Shown: positions 29,817 through 40,900 of the stretch, one piece after another
Position numbering within the stretch: the first letter of the stretch is position 1
Layout of the letters: every line of letters begins with the position of its first letter
NCBI GenBank assembly: GCA_023229825.1
Contig: JALNYN010000007.1
Coordinates: forward strand, 2,596 to 66,595
Length of the DNA stretch: 64,000 nt
Direction of reading: 5' to 3'
Source: Minisyncoccota bacterium
GTDB lineage: Bacteria > Patescibacteriota > Minisyncoccia > Phycocordibacterales > CAIJYI01
The notes under the pieces: model-generated
Seen by the model: only the letters and a program-made list of their open reading frames with translations
Told to the model about the DNA's origin: nothing
Database searches by the model: none
Made by a program: the position numbers and the translations under genes

Positions 29817-30926
29817 TTAGCGGTCTTCGAACTTTTTTAATTCTTCCTTTGCTGTTTTTATGAACTTTCCGAAACGGCGGTCCTTATTTCTTTTTTCGAC
29901 ATCGGTCATCTCATAGAATTCCGTTTCTTTTTTCAGACTGATGTAATTGGAATATTTCCGCTCGTCGAGTTCTCCCGCTTTGATACGCGCCAGAACGCGG
30001 CAGCCCGGTTCGTGGACGTGCGTACAATCGGCGAATTTACACTGCGCATCAGACGCGATATCTCTTTCAAAGAGATCGTCCACGCCGGCCGCTCCATCGC
30101 TCATTCCCACTTCGCGCATGCCGGGATTGTCTATCACTATGCCTCCGTCCTTCAAAAAATACATTTCTCGTTTCGTGGTGATATGCTTTCCTCTTTCGGC
30201 GCTTGCGCTGATGTCTTCCGTTTTGATAATATCTTTTCCGAGCAATTTATTGATCAAAGAGGATTTTCCCACGCCGGACGAACCGAGAAAACAATAGGTC
30301 TTTCCTTTTTTGATATAGTCTCTCAATTCCATTAAACCCCCATCGGTCACAATGCTGGTTAAGGTATGATCAATGTCTCCGAACCTTTTTTTGATCTGGC
30401 CCAATTTTTCATCCAATTCTTCTTTTGAGACAAGATCAATTTTATTCAATACCGCAACGGGCGTAATGCCTCCCGCATTCGCAAGAGAAAAATACCGTTC
30501 AAAACGGTTCAAATTAAAATCACGGCCGACCGATTCGACGACCAGTGCGGCATCAATATTTGCGGCGATGATCTGCGTATCACTGCTGTTTATACTCTTC
30601 CTTTTTATGCACGTTTTTCTCGGGAGGATAGTATGGATCACGGCTTGTTCTTCGTTGATCGGAAGAATGGCCACCCAGTCGCCCACGGCAGGATAATCTT
30701 CTCTTCTGACCGATTCAAACATTTGTTTTCCGGTGACTTTCGCCGCGTATTCCCCGTCCTCATTTTTGACCTTGTAAGATCCGCGATACTCCGCCGTAAC
30801 TCTTGCCGGGCGGAGATCATTCGTTCCTTCCGTGTGTTTTAAATGAGTTTCAAAATTATCATCAAAGCCGATATCTTCATTGGTTATTTTTTTGTTTTCA
30901 TCGTTCGTATGGCGGCTGTTGTTCAT
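29817..30926 (-). CDS. rsgA: Ribosome small subunit-dependent GTPase A
   Basis: PAVGDWV, NKIDL, GSSGVGKSSLIN, GKHITT, DNPGMRE, CKFADCTHVHEPGC. Confidence 0.95.
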   Translation of the reverse strand: MNNSRHTNDENKKITNEDIGFDDNFETHLKHTEGTNDLRPARVTAEYRGSYKVKNEDGEYAAKVTGKQMFESVRREDYPAVGDWVAILPINEEQAVIHTILPRKTCIKRKSINSSDTQIIAANIDAALVVESVGRDFNLNRFERYFSLANAGGITPVAVLNKIDLVSKEELDEKLGQIKKRFGDIDHTLTSIVTDGGLMELRDYIKKGKTYCFLGSSGVGKSSLINKLLGKDIIKTEDISASAERGKHITTKREMYFLKDGGIVIDNPGMREVGMSDGAAGVDDLFERDIASDAQCKFADCTHVHEPGCRVLARIKAGELDERKYSNYISLKKETEFYEMTDVEKRNKDRRFGKFIKTAKEELKKFEDR

Positions 30927-30975
30927 AATGATAGTAGTATACTAGACGATCGCTCATATATATAGAGGGTAAGCG

Positions 30976-31131
30976 GTATCTCCTCACGCCCCTATCCGTC
31001 ATTCCGGACAGGGCTCCGGAATCCACGGCGTAAACGGAACGACCAACGTGGATCCTGAATCCCGGTTCAGGATGACGACGAATGAATTTTAAAGCTTTTT
31101 TGGTTAAAAAATAAGGGGTGTGAGGAGATAC
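30976..31131. mobile_element. Non-autonomous MITE-like element, copy 2
   Basis: 17-bp TIR GTATCTCCTCACGCCCC / GGGGTGTGAGGAGATAC; GGTAAGC duplicated on both flanks (30968-30974 and 31132-31138); internal GTCATTCC doublet. Confidence 0.8.
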
Positions 31132-31143
31132 GGTAAGCTTTTA

Positions 31144-32436
31144 CTATGCTTCTCGATATAATTTTGCCAGCAGCTGATAAGCAGGCGAACGCATCGAGAT
31201 GAGCGTTACCGCAAGCCCGGCAAAACCCGCCATGATGAATACGAGCGCCATCCCGCGTCCCGGGCCGGTCCCGAACCAGCCGCCGATGAGCGATACTCCC
31301 GCTCCCGTGGTCATGAAGGGAATGAAAATAAATTCGGCGATCGGACCGATGAGAAAAGCAGCAAGGGGGGAGGCTGCCACTTCGACGCTTTGGGAAAAAC
31401 CGAATACGCGCCCCTGCCGTTCTAGCGGAACGATCTTTTGGATGACCGTGTGCTCGGCCGCTTCAATGAAAGGAGCAAGGCAGACCCAAATAAAAATACC
31501 GATCGCAAGGATGATGATCGAATGACGGATCGGAAAAAGAATGGTTGTGATCCAAATGACGATGTTGATCATAAACAGCGTTCGAAGTGGATCCGGACCG
31601 AGACCTTTCTTTGCGATATACAGACCGCCCAGAATAAATCCCGCGCTTAGTACGCCCCAAAGTACGCTCCACGTCTGCACGTTTACCAGTGTCAATCCAT
31701 AAGGGTCCATGAGCGACATGAATACTCCTCCCAGAAAATTATTGAAAGTGGTAAAGAAAATAAGCGCGAAAAGGCCGGGCATGGTCCGCATGAGATCTAT
31801 CGTTCCGCGAAGATCGATCTTGCCGGCTCCTGCGCCGGTACTCACGATATTGGCTTCGGGGATCTCAAGGAAATAAAGATGGATGAGTGCGAGCGCGGTG
31901 AGGACCACGCCGATAAGCAAGACATAATAAAGACCGGCATATGCCAGAGCAAATCCGCTTGAGAGGCCGGCTCCCATGGATGAAAATCCCATTACCATTC
32001 CGACCATGCCATTCGCGCGATCGCGTTCCTCTTTTGGGACGGTTATCGTAACTATCGTTGACAGTGCGATGCCGCGAAGATTACTTGCCAGCATACCAGA
32101 GAGAACTAAAGCGGCAAGGATCCACAAAGACGGGCTCGTCATCTCTCGAAAGTTCTCCGCCGGGGTCGACGCGTAAAACAGAAATGCGGCGATAAAGAAA
32201 GCAAACGTGATGCTCGTTGACGTCGCCATTACTCGTTTCTTTTTGTGATGATCGACGATCGATCCGAACCAGAAACTCGAGAATGACATCGCGAGCATAA
32301 ACACACCGCCCGAAATAGAGGTCGCAAGAACGGAACGGGTTTCGAGATACATCCAAAAAATGAACGCGAACCACACGAAAAAGTTCGTCACCGTGACAAA
32401 AAGGGAATTGGAAAGAATGTGGTAAAAAATTTTCAT
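31144..32436 (-). CDS. MFS transporter (DHA3-like efflux)
   Basis: About 12 TM helices; GSIVDHHKKK, RDRANGMVG, ERQGRVFG. Confidence 0.88.
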   Translation of the reverse strand: MKIFYHILSNSLFVTVTNFFVWFAFIFWMYLETRSVLATSISGGVFMLAMSFSSFWFGSIVDHHKKKRVMATSTSITFAFFIAAFLFYASTPAENFREMTSPSLWILAALVLSGMLASNLRGIALSTIVTITVPKEERDRANGMVGMVMGFSSMGAGLSSGFALAYAGLYYVLLIGVVLTALALIHLYFLEIPEANIVSTGAGAGKIDLRGTIDLMRTMPGLFALIFFTTFNNFLGGVFMSLMDPYGLTLVNVQTWSVLWGVLSAGFILGGLYIAKKGLGPDPLRTLFMINIVIWITTILFPIRHSIIILAIGIFIWVCLAPFIEAAEHTVIQKIVPLERQGRVFGFSQSVEVAASPLAAFLIGPIAEFIFIPFMTTGAGVSLIGGWFGTGPGRGMALVFIMAGFAGLAVTLISMRSPAYQLLAKLYREA

Positions 32437-32530
32437 CAAACAAGTCTATGAGTGCATCATGTAGATACTATTAATTTTATATGGAGGATTCCTTAAAAGC
32501 AAACTCTGATCATGAGTCTCTCGTAAAAAG

Positions 32531-33004
32531 CTATGATGCTTTCGTGTCTCGCTTGGGCGGTTCATTTAAAAGCAGCCAATAGAGTCCTGTTTCGCTGACT
32601 GCGGCGACGAACTTTTCGAACTCTACCGGTTTGACGATGTAGCTGTTCGCCCCGAGACTATAACAGACGTCGAGGTCTCGATTTTCTTTTGATGAAGTGA
32701 GAACAACGACGGGGATGGTTTTTGTTTGCTCATCGGTTTTAATTTTTCGCAGTATCTCAATGCCATTAACTTTCGGAAGTTTCAGGTCGAGCAGGATCAC
32801 TTTTGGGGGATAATGGATATTTCTTGCGGAATATTCTCCCGTGCAAAAGATAAAATCAAGAGCTTCCTCGCCATCTTTTACCCATAACAGGTTGTTGGCG
32901 AGATTATGTTTTGTCAGCGCACGAATGGTGAGTTCTGCGTCGTTGCTGTCGTCTTCAACAAGAAGTATTTCTACTTCTTTCATTTTTTTTTCATAGCCGG
33001 TCAT
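32531..33004 (-). CDS. Single-domain response regulator (Rcp-like)
   Basis: [34 protein letters not shown]. Confidence 0.92.
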   Translation of the reverse strand: MTGYEKKMKEVEILLVEDDSNDAELTIRALTKHNLANNLLWVKDGEEALDFIFCTGEYSARNIHYPPKVILLDLKLPKVNGIEILRKIKTDEQTKTIPVVVLTSSKENRDLDVCYSLGANSYIVKPVEFEKFVAAVSETGLYWLLLNEPPKRDTKAS

Positions 33005-33043
33005 AATTGTTTGTTGAAAATTAATATTTGGTTGATGCTTGGA

Positions 33044-33295
33044 TCATTCAGCGTTTGCAGGCGTTCGCACAAGCGCAAGAATGTTTTCGTGAAGAGCGGA
33101 GATCGTTTTCTTGTCATCAGTAATGGCGTTTATCGACGCAACGATTTTTTGGGCGAGGAACGGGATATCATCAAGAGAGAGATCCTCCGGTTTTTTTTGC
33201 AGATGCGTTTCTATATGCCGGACGACGAAACGCCGTGATACCGGTCCCAAAAAAGGTTTTGTAGCTCGAATAACTTGTTCGTAAAGCATTTGCAT
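33044..33295 (-). CDS. Small helical hypothetical protein
   Basis: 83 aa, LYEQV...FLGPVSRRFV.RHI..HLQKKPEDL; co-oriented within the signalling cluster. Confidence 0.75.
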   Translation of the reverse strand: MQMLYEQVIRATKPFLGPVSRRFVVRHIETHLQKKPEDLSLDDIPFLAQKIVASINAITDDKKTISALHENILALVRTPANAE

Positions 33296-33315
33296 GAATA
33301 TTCAATTATGTTTGG

Positions 33316-34260
33316 CTATACCGATGTGACTGTTTCTATTTTGCGCAATTTTTCAGCCCCTATGGCAATGAGTCTATATCCGGCCGCCTGGACCCCCAAA
33401 AAAATATACAGAACCGCGAGAATCGGCAAAAGTGCGAGATGTCCCAACCTCAACGTTCCTGTCGAAAGGAGCAGGTTGAGTATGATCGCCGCCGCGATGA
33501 GAAGAGAAAACCCTTTCAGCCATTGTCCAAACATTTCTCTGTAGACCGTACCCGTAACGCCATTATAGTATTTTCTCGCATTTAAAATTGCGCATATTCC
33601 GGCCCAAATAGCGGAGAGGAAGGGTATCGCGATGGTAAATAATATATACATATCGGAGAGATAGTATGTAGGAGTAGTACATCCGTTGATGACCGAAAAT
33701 TGGCGGCAATTGTCTGTGACGATGAGCGCAATATAAAGGGACGCGAATGGCAGCATAAAAAGGAAGGAGTGCAAAACAGTTGATCCGCTTTCGACTTTTA
33801 CTGAGTTAACAAGCCGCCGCGTACCGAGAAAAAGGAACGTAAAACCTATCAGAGGAAACCATATAAAAGAGAAAATTTGAATGACCGTTATCGGGGCTGC
33901 GATATTGGAGAAAATATTTTTTAAGGGACCGAGAAAGGGGGTGATAAGGATTCCAATAAAAAGGGCAAAAAGTCCTTTGGCTATCAGGTCGAAACCTTTC
34001 CCGTCCGGATGTTCGGCGATCGTTTTTGCGTAATTTGAGACCCTCATCCATCCGAGTAATGCCATGATCCAAGTAAGCAAATAAGGTACTGCAAATGTGA
34101 TCTGGAGAAATCGGAGTTTTATTCCTACGATCCCGGCGCTGACAGCTCCCGGGGATGGAGGCGATAAAAACAGCATGACAATATATACTACCCACAATAC
34201 GGATGTGGCAAATAAAATAATGCTTTCTTTTCTGTTCATTAAATTGTTCATTGATAGCAT
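33316..34260 (-). CDS. Hypothetical 8-TM membrane protein
   Basis: Eight hydrophobic segments with an apparent internal 2 x 4TM repeat. Confidence 0.8.
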   Translation of the reverse strand: MLSMNNLMNRKESIILFATSVLWVVYIVMLFLSPPSPGAVSAGIVGIKLRFLQITFAVPYLLTWIMALLGWMRVSNYAKTIAEHPDGKGFDLIAKGLFALFIGILITPFLGPLKNIFSNIAAPITVIQIFSFIWFPLIGFTFLFLGTRRLVNSVKVESGSTVLHSFLFMLPFASLYIALIVTDNCRQFSVINGCTTPTYYLSDMYILFTIAIPFLSAIWAGICAILNARKYYNGVTGTVYREMFGQWLKGFSLLIAAAIILNLLLSTGTLRLGHLALLPILAVLYIFLGVQAAGYRLIAIGAEKLRKIETVTSV

Positions 34261-34290
34261 GTTATAATGATCGACGGCGTGCTTTTGTCA

Positions 34291-35433
34291 TTACGCGGAC
34301 AATTCAAAATAAAATGTTGCTCCGCGCAAAACTGCAGCATCCGCCCATATCCGGCCCCCATGACGTTTAATAATACGCTCCGTGATCGCAAGACCCACTC
34401 CCGTTCCTTCAAATTCGCTTGCGCTGTGAAGACGTTGGAACACTCCAAAAAGTTTATCCGCGTATTTCATGTCGAATCCCACGCCGTTATCTTCTACGAA
34501 GTAGATGCTTTTTCCATCTTTCACGTGTCCGCTTATTCGGATCTTTGCGTGTTCATTTTTGCGTGTAAATTTTACCGCGTTCGAGAGAATGTTAAACCAT
34601 ACCTGTCGTATGAGTGAAACATCCGCTTTGGCATCGGGAAGGCTGTCGATATCCCACTTGATCTTTCGGCCGGGAAAAGCATCCATAAGATCTTTTGTAA
34701 CCGTTTGCACCACATGATCCATATTGGTGTTTTTCAGATCCAGAGCTTGTCGGCCGAGCCGTGAAAATGACAGAAGGTCATCAATGAGATTACTCATTCT
34801 CTGTGCGTTTTTACGGATCGTAGCAATAATACGTTTTCCCTCCGAGTCGAGTTTTTCAGCGTAGTCTTCCTCCAGCATCTGTGAAAAACCATCGATGGCA
34901 CGGAGAGGGGCACGAAGATCATGCGACACGGAATAGCTGAAGGATTCAAGCTCTTTATTGGCCTCTTGCATCGAGAGAATGGCTTTCTTGATCGGAGTGT
35001 AGTCGCGGGCTACAAACAAAACACCGATGATCTCTCCCGCGGCATCCTTATAGACATTTGCCGAAAGGAGCACGTCCATCGAGGTTCCGTTTCGGGAGCG
35101 TAGGCCGAGGGAAGAGTCGATGGAAAAACCTTTTATCAGCGCCTCATTGAATTTTTTTATCGCTATATCTTGGTCAGTGAAGTATGAAGAAAAATGGATC
35201 CCAATGATCTTTTCTCTCGGGGCATTCGTGATTTGTTCCATGGCGCCGTTTATGTCGATGATCATCCCGTCCGTATTGACATTGATGATCGGATCGCGAA
35301 TTGCCTCGAGAAGCGCCCGAGCGTATCCCCCGATCTGTTTCTTGGCAAGTGCCATTATTTGATCATTTTCCTTCATTGAGGCATGGCGGAGTGTTTCTAA
35401 TATTTTCACTCGCGTCCTAATATTTCTCATCAT
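34291..35433 (-). CDS. Cytoplasmic PAS histidine kinase
   Basis: PAS domain; ELESFSYSVSHDLRAPLRAI; NILSNAVKF, DNGVGF, FQRLHS, GTGVGL. Confidence 0.93.
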   Translation of the reverse strand: MMRNIRTRVKILETLRHASMKENDQIMALAKKQIGGYARALLEAIRDPIINVNTDGMIIDINGAMEQITNAPREKIIGIHFSSYFTDQDIAIKKFNEALIKGFSIDSSLGLRSRNGTSMDVLLSANVYKDAAGEIIGVLFVARDYTPIKKAILSMQEANKELESFSYSVSHDLRAPLRAIDGFSQMLEEDYAEKLDSEGKRIIATIRKNAQRMSNLIDDLLSFSRLGRQALDLKNTNMDHVVQTVTKDLMDAFPGRKIKWDIDSLPDAKADVSLIRQVWFNILSNAVKFTRKNEHAKIRISGHVKDGKSIYFVEDNGVGFDMKYADKLFGVFQRLHSASEFEGTGVGLAITERIIKRHGGRIWADAAVLRGATFYFELSA

Positions 35434-35458
35434 GATGAATTTAGAATGAGCAGTGATC

Positions 35459-37006
35459 TTATTCTTGCGCGATAGCCTTCAAGTCCTTAATACTGACCGG
35501 TTTAACAAGATAGAGATCAAATCCGCTTTCAAATGCGCGGTGTTTGTCTTTCTCTTGCCCATAACCGCTTATGGCGATGATCTTGATATCGTTTCCGAAT
35601 TTTTTTCGAATGGATTGAGCAACGGCGAAACCGTCAAGAAGGGGGAGTCCTATATCGATAAGAGCAATGTCAGGATGCAGTTTGATTGATTCAGACACCG
35701 CTCCCTCTCCATCATAGACGACACTGACATCCGCACCGAGTTTTTGCAAAATTTCACCGATGGCGTCGGCAAGATTCCGGTTGTCGTCAGCGACAAGCAC
35801 CTTTTTTTTCTTTATCGATGTAACGGCACCCATTTGTGATTCAAGAGTTTTTTTTGATGATGCGGTATCTGCTTGTTTTTCAGCGCTATCCAACGCCGGT
35901 AGCACAACGGTAAATTCACTCCCTTTGCCAATACCATCACTTCTTGCGGCAACATTCCCGCCATGAAGTACCGCCAGCTTTCTGGCAAGGGTGAGGCCGA
36001 TTCCGAGCCCGCCTTCCGCGCGTGCAAGCGACTGGTCGGCGCGAATGAAGAGATTAAAAATTTTAGGGAGCATCTCGGCGGCAATTCCCATTCCCGTATC
36101 TTTTATGCGAATGATCGCGTTGGCGTTTTGTTTTTCCGTATCCATTCTGATATACCCTCCCTCCCCGGTATACTTTACTGCGTTGGTTAGAATATTGATC
36201 AGTATTTGTTCTAATCGTACCGGATCCGCTATCAAACGTACTGGTTCAAAGTGAAGCTCGATAGTTTGTTTTTTTGATTCCGCCAAGGGCCGGATGCTCT
36301 CTATTACTCTGAGCGCTATTTTCTCGAGATCGACATTCTCTTTTTTTAAAGCGATCGTCCCCTTTGTGATCCGGGTGATATCTAAAAGGTCATCTAATAA
36401 TCTGGTAATATGCCTGACTTGCTGATAGATCGTTCCTATCCGATCCATCGTGTCCGGATCTTTCACCTTTTCCGCGATGATCTCGACATTGAGAGCGAGG
36501 GCGCCCAATGGATTTCGCAGTTCGTGAGAGAGAAGAGCCAGAAATTCATCTTTGGCGCGGTTTTCCGAAATGAGTTGCTGCTCAATTCGCATTCTCTCCC
36601 TCTCTGTCTGGAGAAGTATTTTTTTTTCACCGGACTCTTTCAGGGCGCGAGAAACGGCCGGCCCAAGTCGAAAAAGTCCGTCTTTGAGAACATAGTCGGT
36701 CGCTCCGCGCTTCAGCGTTTCGACGGCTATCTCTTCGCCGATAGCACCCGAAACAAAAATGATCGGTGTCTCCGGGCAATATTTTTTTCCCAGTTCAACG
36801 GCTTCCAGTCCATGGAATGAGGGTAATGAATAATCTGCCAATATGATGTCAGGAATATGTTCTGAAGAACTGATCGCTTCAATAAAATCTTTTTTTGTGC
36901 CGACTATTTTGGCAGAAAAGACGATCTCTGTTTTTTTTAATGCTCGTAGGACTATTTCTGCGTCAGTCGGCGAATCTTCCAATACGAGAATATTGTATGA
37001 ATTCAT
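35459..37006 (-). CDS. Hybrid REC-HisKA-HATPase-REC kinase
   Basis: N-terminal ILVLED receiver; LSHELRNPL; GGLGIGL; C-terminal VLVADD...DIGLP...KP receiver. Confidence 0.93.
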   Translation of the reverse strand: MNSYNILVLEDSPTDAEIVLRALKKTEIVFSAKIVGTKKDFIEAISSSEHIPDIILADYSLPSFHGLEAVELGKKYCPETPIIFVSGAIGEEIAVETLKRGATDYVLKDGLFRLGPAVSRALKESGEKKILLQTERERMRIEQQLISENRAKDEFLALLSHELRNPLGALALNVEIIAEKVKDPDTMDRIGTIYQQVRHITRLLDDLLDITRITKGTIALKKENVDLEKIALRVIESIRPLAESKKQTIELHFEPVRLIADPVRLEQILINILTNAVKYTGEGGYIRMDTEKQNANAIIRIKDTGMGIAAEMLPKIFNLFIRADQSLARAEGGLGIGLTLARKLAVLHGGNVAARSDGIGKGSEFTVVLPALDSAEKQADTASSKKTLESQMGAVTSIKKKKVLVADDNRNLADAIGEILQKLGADVSVVYDGEGAVSESIKLHPDIALIDIGLPLLDGFAVAQSIRKKFGNDIKIIAISGYGQEKDKHRAFESGFDLYLVKPVSIKDLKAIAQE

Positions 37007-37211
37007 AGATGTATTTAAACGCGTGTTACAAAAACAAAAACCATCCCATGGATGAAGGTGATGGTCTGGAGATTAAGCGTATCTGTTGTCATCCTGCGTA
37101 AAATTATGTTTTTGAATGTTAAAGTTACTGTGAAGATTTTTTCACCATAAAAACCAATGTTGTTGTAGTCAACATTGTCAAACCCACATGATCTTTCTCC
37201 CGCTACTTATT

Positions 37212-37772
37212 TCAAACCTTGAGCGAGCCGCGGAAGCCCCTGCCGGCGTAATATGAATCCGCGCCGTTGTGATACAAGAAAACATGATCGTAGCGCCGAT
37301 CGCAAAAAACGGCACCGCCGAGTTTCCGAATTTCATCGGGTGTTTTCACCCAGCTTGATGTCTTCGTATCGAAATTTCCCAGTTTCTGCAATTCTCGATA
37401 TTCTTCCTCCGTTAAAAGCTCAACACCCATGTCTTCCGCCATACCGACAGCGCTATTTTTTGGTTTATTTTCTTTCCTGTCTTTGAGCGCCTTACGATCA
37501 TAACAAAAACTTCTGCGACCGCTTGGGCTTTCCGCGGAGCAATCATAAAAAATATATTCACCCGTCTTTTTATCGTGACCGACCACATCCGGTTCGCCGC
37601 CGGTCTGTTCCATGAGATACAGCGATCGGAGCTTGTCCGGACGGGCGAGAAGTTTTGCATTGATCTTGTCCCAATCGAGTTCCTTATGGCGAAACGCATT
37701 TTCTTCAAACCGCATCTTCAGTGTAAGAAGCAGCTCATCAATATTTTTTTTGGATAAATTTAATTTTGTCAT
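37212..37772 (-). CDS. DUF4256-family protein
   Basis: MEQTGGEPDV, DCSAESPSGRRS, FDTKTSSW, YHNGADSYY.RGFRG. Confidence 0.85.
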   Translation of the reverse strand: MTKLNLSKKNIDELLLTLKMRFEENAFRHKELDWDKINAKLLARPDKLRSLYLMEQTGGEPDVVGHDKKTGEYIFYDCSAESPSGRRSFCYDRKALKDRKENKPKNSAVGMAEDMGVELLTEEEYRELQKLGNFDTKTSSWVKTPDEIRKLGGAVFCDRRYDHVFLYHNGADSYYAGRGFRGSLKV

Positions 37773-37783
37773 GGTTTTATAAA

Positions 37784-37828
37784 CGTCATTCCGGCCCGCG
37801 ATCCGCCAGCTGGCGGAGGAATCCACGT
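37784..37828. repeat. GTCATTCC repeat with nested CCGCCAGCTGGCGG palindrome
   Basis: CGTCATTCC...ATCCGCCAGCTGGCGGA-GGAATCCACGT. Confidence 0.8.
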
Positions 37829-37982
37829 TTTAGTTTACTTATTACTACGCAGAATAATAAAAAAAGTTGAGAATATGCATCCATTTTGACGACACTTTCC
37901 GCTCGTGTCAATATTGCACCCCTCTTCATGAAGGGGTAGTATTTGTGCAAAACCGCCATATTATCAGGTTAATTTCTACATA

Positions 37983-40900
37983 ATGAAAATAAAAATTTCT
38001 CTGCTTACACTCGCATTCTTTTTTGCCCCTTCACTCGTCTTCGCCTCCACTCCAGTCTGGGGTACTATAAATTCCGATACCGTTTGGACAGCAGAAAGCG
38101 GTCCGTACCTTGTAGACTTCTCGATAGTCCCGGAAGGAATAACGCTTACCGTGGAAGAAGGAACCGTAGTTAAATTTACCGGACAGCGTTCAATGCTTGA
38201 AGTTTCCGGAAACCTTGTCGTTTCGGGAACCGAATTGAGTCCTGTCGTTTTTACCTCCATAAATGACGATTCTGTCGGCGGCGATACCGGCACGGGGGCG
38301 AATGAGTGGGGAAACATTCTGATAAAAAACGGAGGAGTGGCAACGATTGATCATGCGGAAATTCGCCACGGCGGATGGACCGGATGGCTTTCTTCCGCCG
38401 CTCCGTCCAACATTTGGAACAACGGGGGAAACCTCACCCTAACAAACTCGAAGATCAGCAATGCATGGACAGGCATAACGCATTCAGCTGGAAATACCGC
38501 GCTCACGGAAAACATATTTACGGAAAACAACACCGGTATTTCTGTCAGTGGAACGGGAAGGGTCCATTTCGATCATAATAATTTTTTTAATAATACCGGC
38601 AATGTGGCTTGGTTCGACCTCACTAACGGCGTTTCCCTTACCCATTCGGATAATACCGCATGGGGAGGAACTCCGGGATTGGTTCTCGCAGGCGAGGCCG
38701 GCGCAGATTATGTTTTTGAGAAAGACGGAGCGCCATACGTCATCGATCACTTCACGGTTCCCGCGGGCAAAACCGTCACCGCACGTCCCGGAACCGCATT
38801 CAAATTATTGAACCCAGTCAGCGAAATATTTATTTCCGGAACTTGGAACACTGAAGGAACCTCGGATGATCCTGTCTATTTCACTTCCATTAAAGATGAT
38901 ACCGTTCTGGGAGATACCAACGGCGACGCCGACAGCTCTCAACCCGCAAACGATGATTGGGAAGGAATCTTTGTTTTGGAAGGCGGTGAAGCGAATTTTG
39001 ATCATGCCATACTGCGCTACGGCGGATACAGTGGCTGGCTGCAAAGTACCATGTTTTCGAATATTTCGAACAACGGCGGCATCCTCAACATTTCCAATTC
39101 TGAGATATCACGCAGCTGGTATGGTATTCATCATGAAAAGGGAACGACAAATATCGACTCGAGTACTATTTCGCAAAGCAGTATCGGAATTTATGCAGGA
39201 GGAACGGGATCGATAACCATCAACAACAATACTTTTTTCAATAATGACCGTCCGGCATTGCTTGATCTTTCAAGTGTTATTCTAACCAATGCGAACAACA
39301 CGGCGCACGGTACAGGAAAAAAAGGTTTGGAACTCGGGGGTGCGATCTCTGTCGATCAAACACTTACAAAAGATCTGCCATATTTGATCGACCATCTCAC
39401 CATTCCAGCAGGAAGAACACTAACAGTACGATCCGGATCAGTATTCAAATTTTTGAACAACGTAAGCGAGATGTTTGTCTCGGGAAAAATGAATGTCGAA
39501 GGAAGCGGAAATGAACCGGTCTATTTCACTTCCGTCAAAGATGATACCGTTCTCGGCGATACCAATGGCGATGCCGATGCCTCTCAACCCACAAACGATG
39601 ATTGGGAGGGGATCCTCGTTTTATCCGGCGGTGAAGCGAACTTCGATCATTCCGTCCTTCGCTACGGCGGATACAGCGGTTGGCTGCAAAGCTATATGGC
39701 TTCGAATATTTCAAATGACGGGGGAATTCTCAATATTTCTCACTCCGACTTCTCGAACAGCTGGTTTGGCATTCACCACGAAAAGGGAACCACCACCATT
39801 TCGCAAAGTTCGATACATGATAATCCGGGTTATGGAGTATACAACGGTTCCGCTCAAACCTTAAACGCCGAAAACAATTATTGGGGATCCGTAAACGGCC
39901 CGACTCATCCAAGCAACCCGCTCGGGACAGGAGACAAGGTGACTGACCGCGTTGATTTCATGCCGTATTTGGGTTTTGATCCGACGGTTCCGGTATCAGT
40001 AGCACTTACCAATGGCGGCGAAACGGAAAATGATGATTTGCAGGACGGAAAAGGAGTGGCGGATAAAACTCAGTTTACGTTTTCTGTTGTTGCATCGGAA
40101 AATCTAGTGGACATAAAACTTGTAACCGATTCATCGGACGTCGGCATAAATCCGGGTCAATTCTTTTTGTACGCTTCAGGAACCGAAGGTGTTTACTCTC
40201 GCGCTCTTACCTTTCCGAAAGGACACTATCGTTACCATTTTGAAGCGGTAGACGGAAACGGCGGCGTGTACCGTTACCCGGAGACAGAGGAGTTGAAATT
40301 CACGACAGGGTATTCAAATGTCGCGTTTTTGCCCGGGATCGAAGCAAGTAGACTTTATGGCGGAACCGGAGAACAGCTTTGGGAACCGGAATATTTTGGA
40401 AATCCATCCGTTCTCGCTCTCGATGAAAACGGTAGCTCGACCCGTTCCGATATTTACACGAAAGATGTCATTGATAATGCCTACCTCGCGTTTAAAGGAA
40501 ATATTTATTCCTCGTTTATTTCTTCAATGAACGATCTGAAAAGCAATGGAACGATTGCGGATTGGGAACCGTTGCCGTACGACTGGCGTCTTTCTTTTGA
40601 CGACATTTTGAATAACGGTGCTGAACTCTCGGATGGCAGGATTTATTACACAGGGAGTCTCGCCGCGACTGGTACGCCATATATCATTCAGGAAATCCGA
40701 CGGCTTGCCGCGACCTCCGACACAGGAAAAGTTACTATCATCTCTCATTCCATGGGCGGACTTGTCGCAAAGAATCTCACGGTTAAACTCGGAACGGAAG
40801 AATCTTCAAAACTTATCGATCAAATGATATTTATCGATTCTCCCCAAACAGGAACGCCTCAAACCATCGGCGTTTTGCTTCATGGTTTTGATCAAGGACT

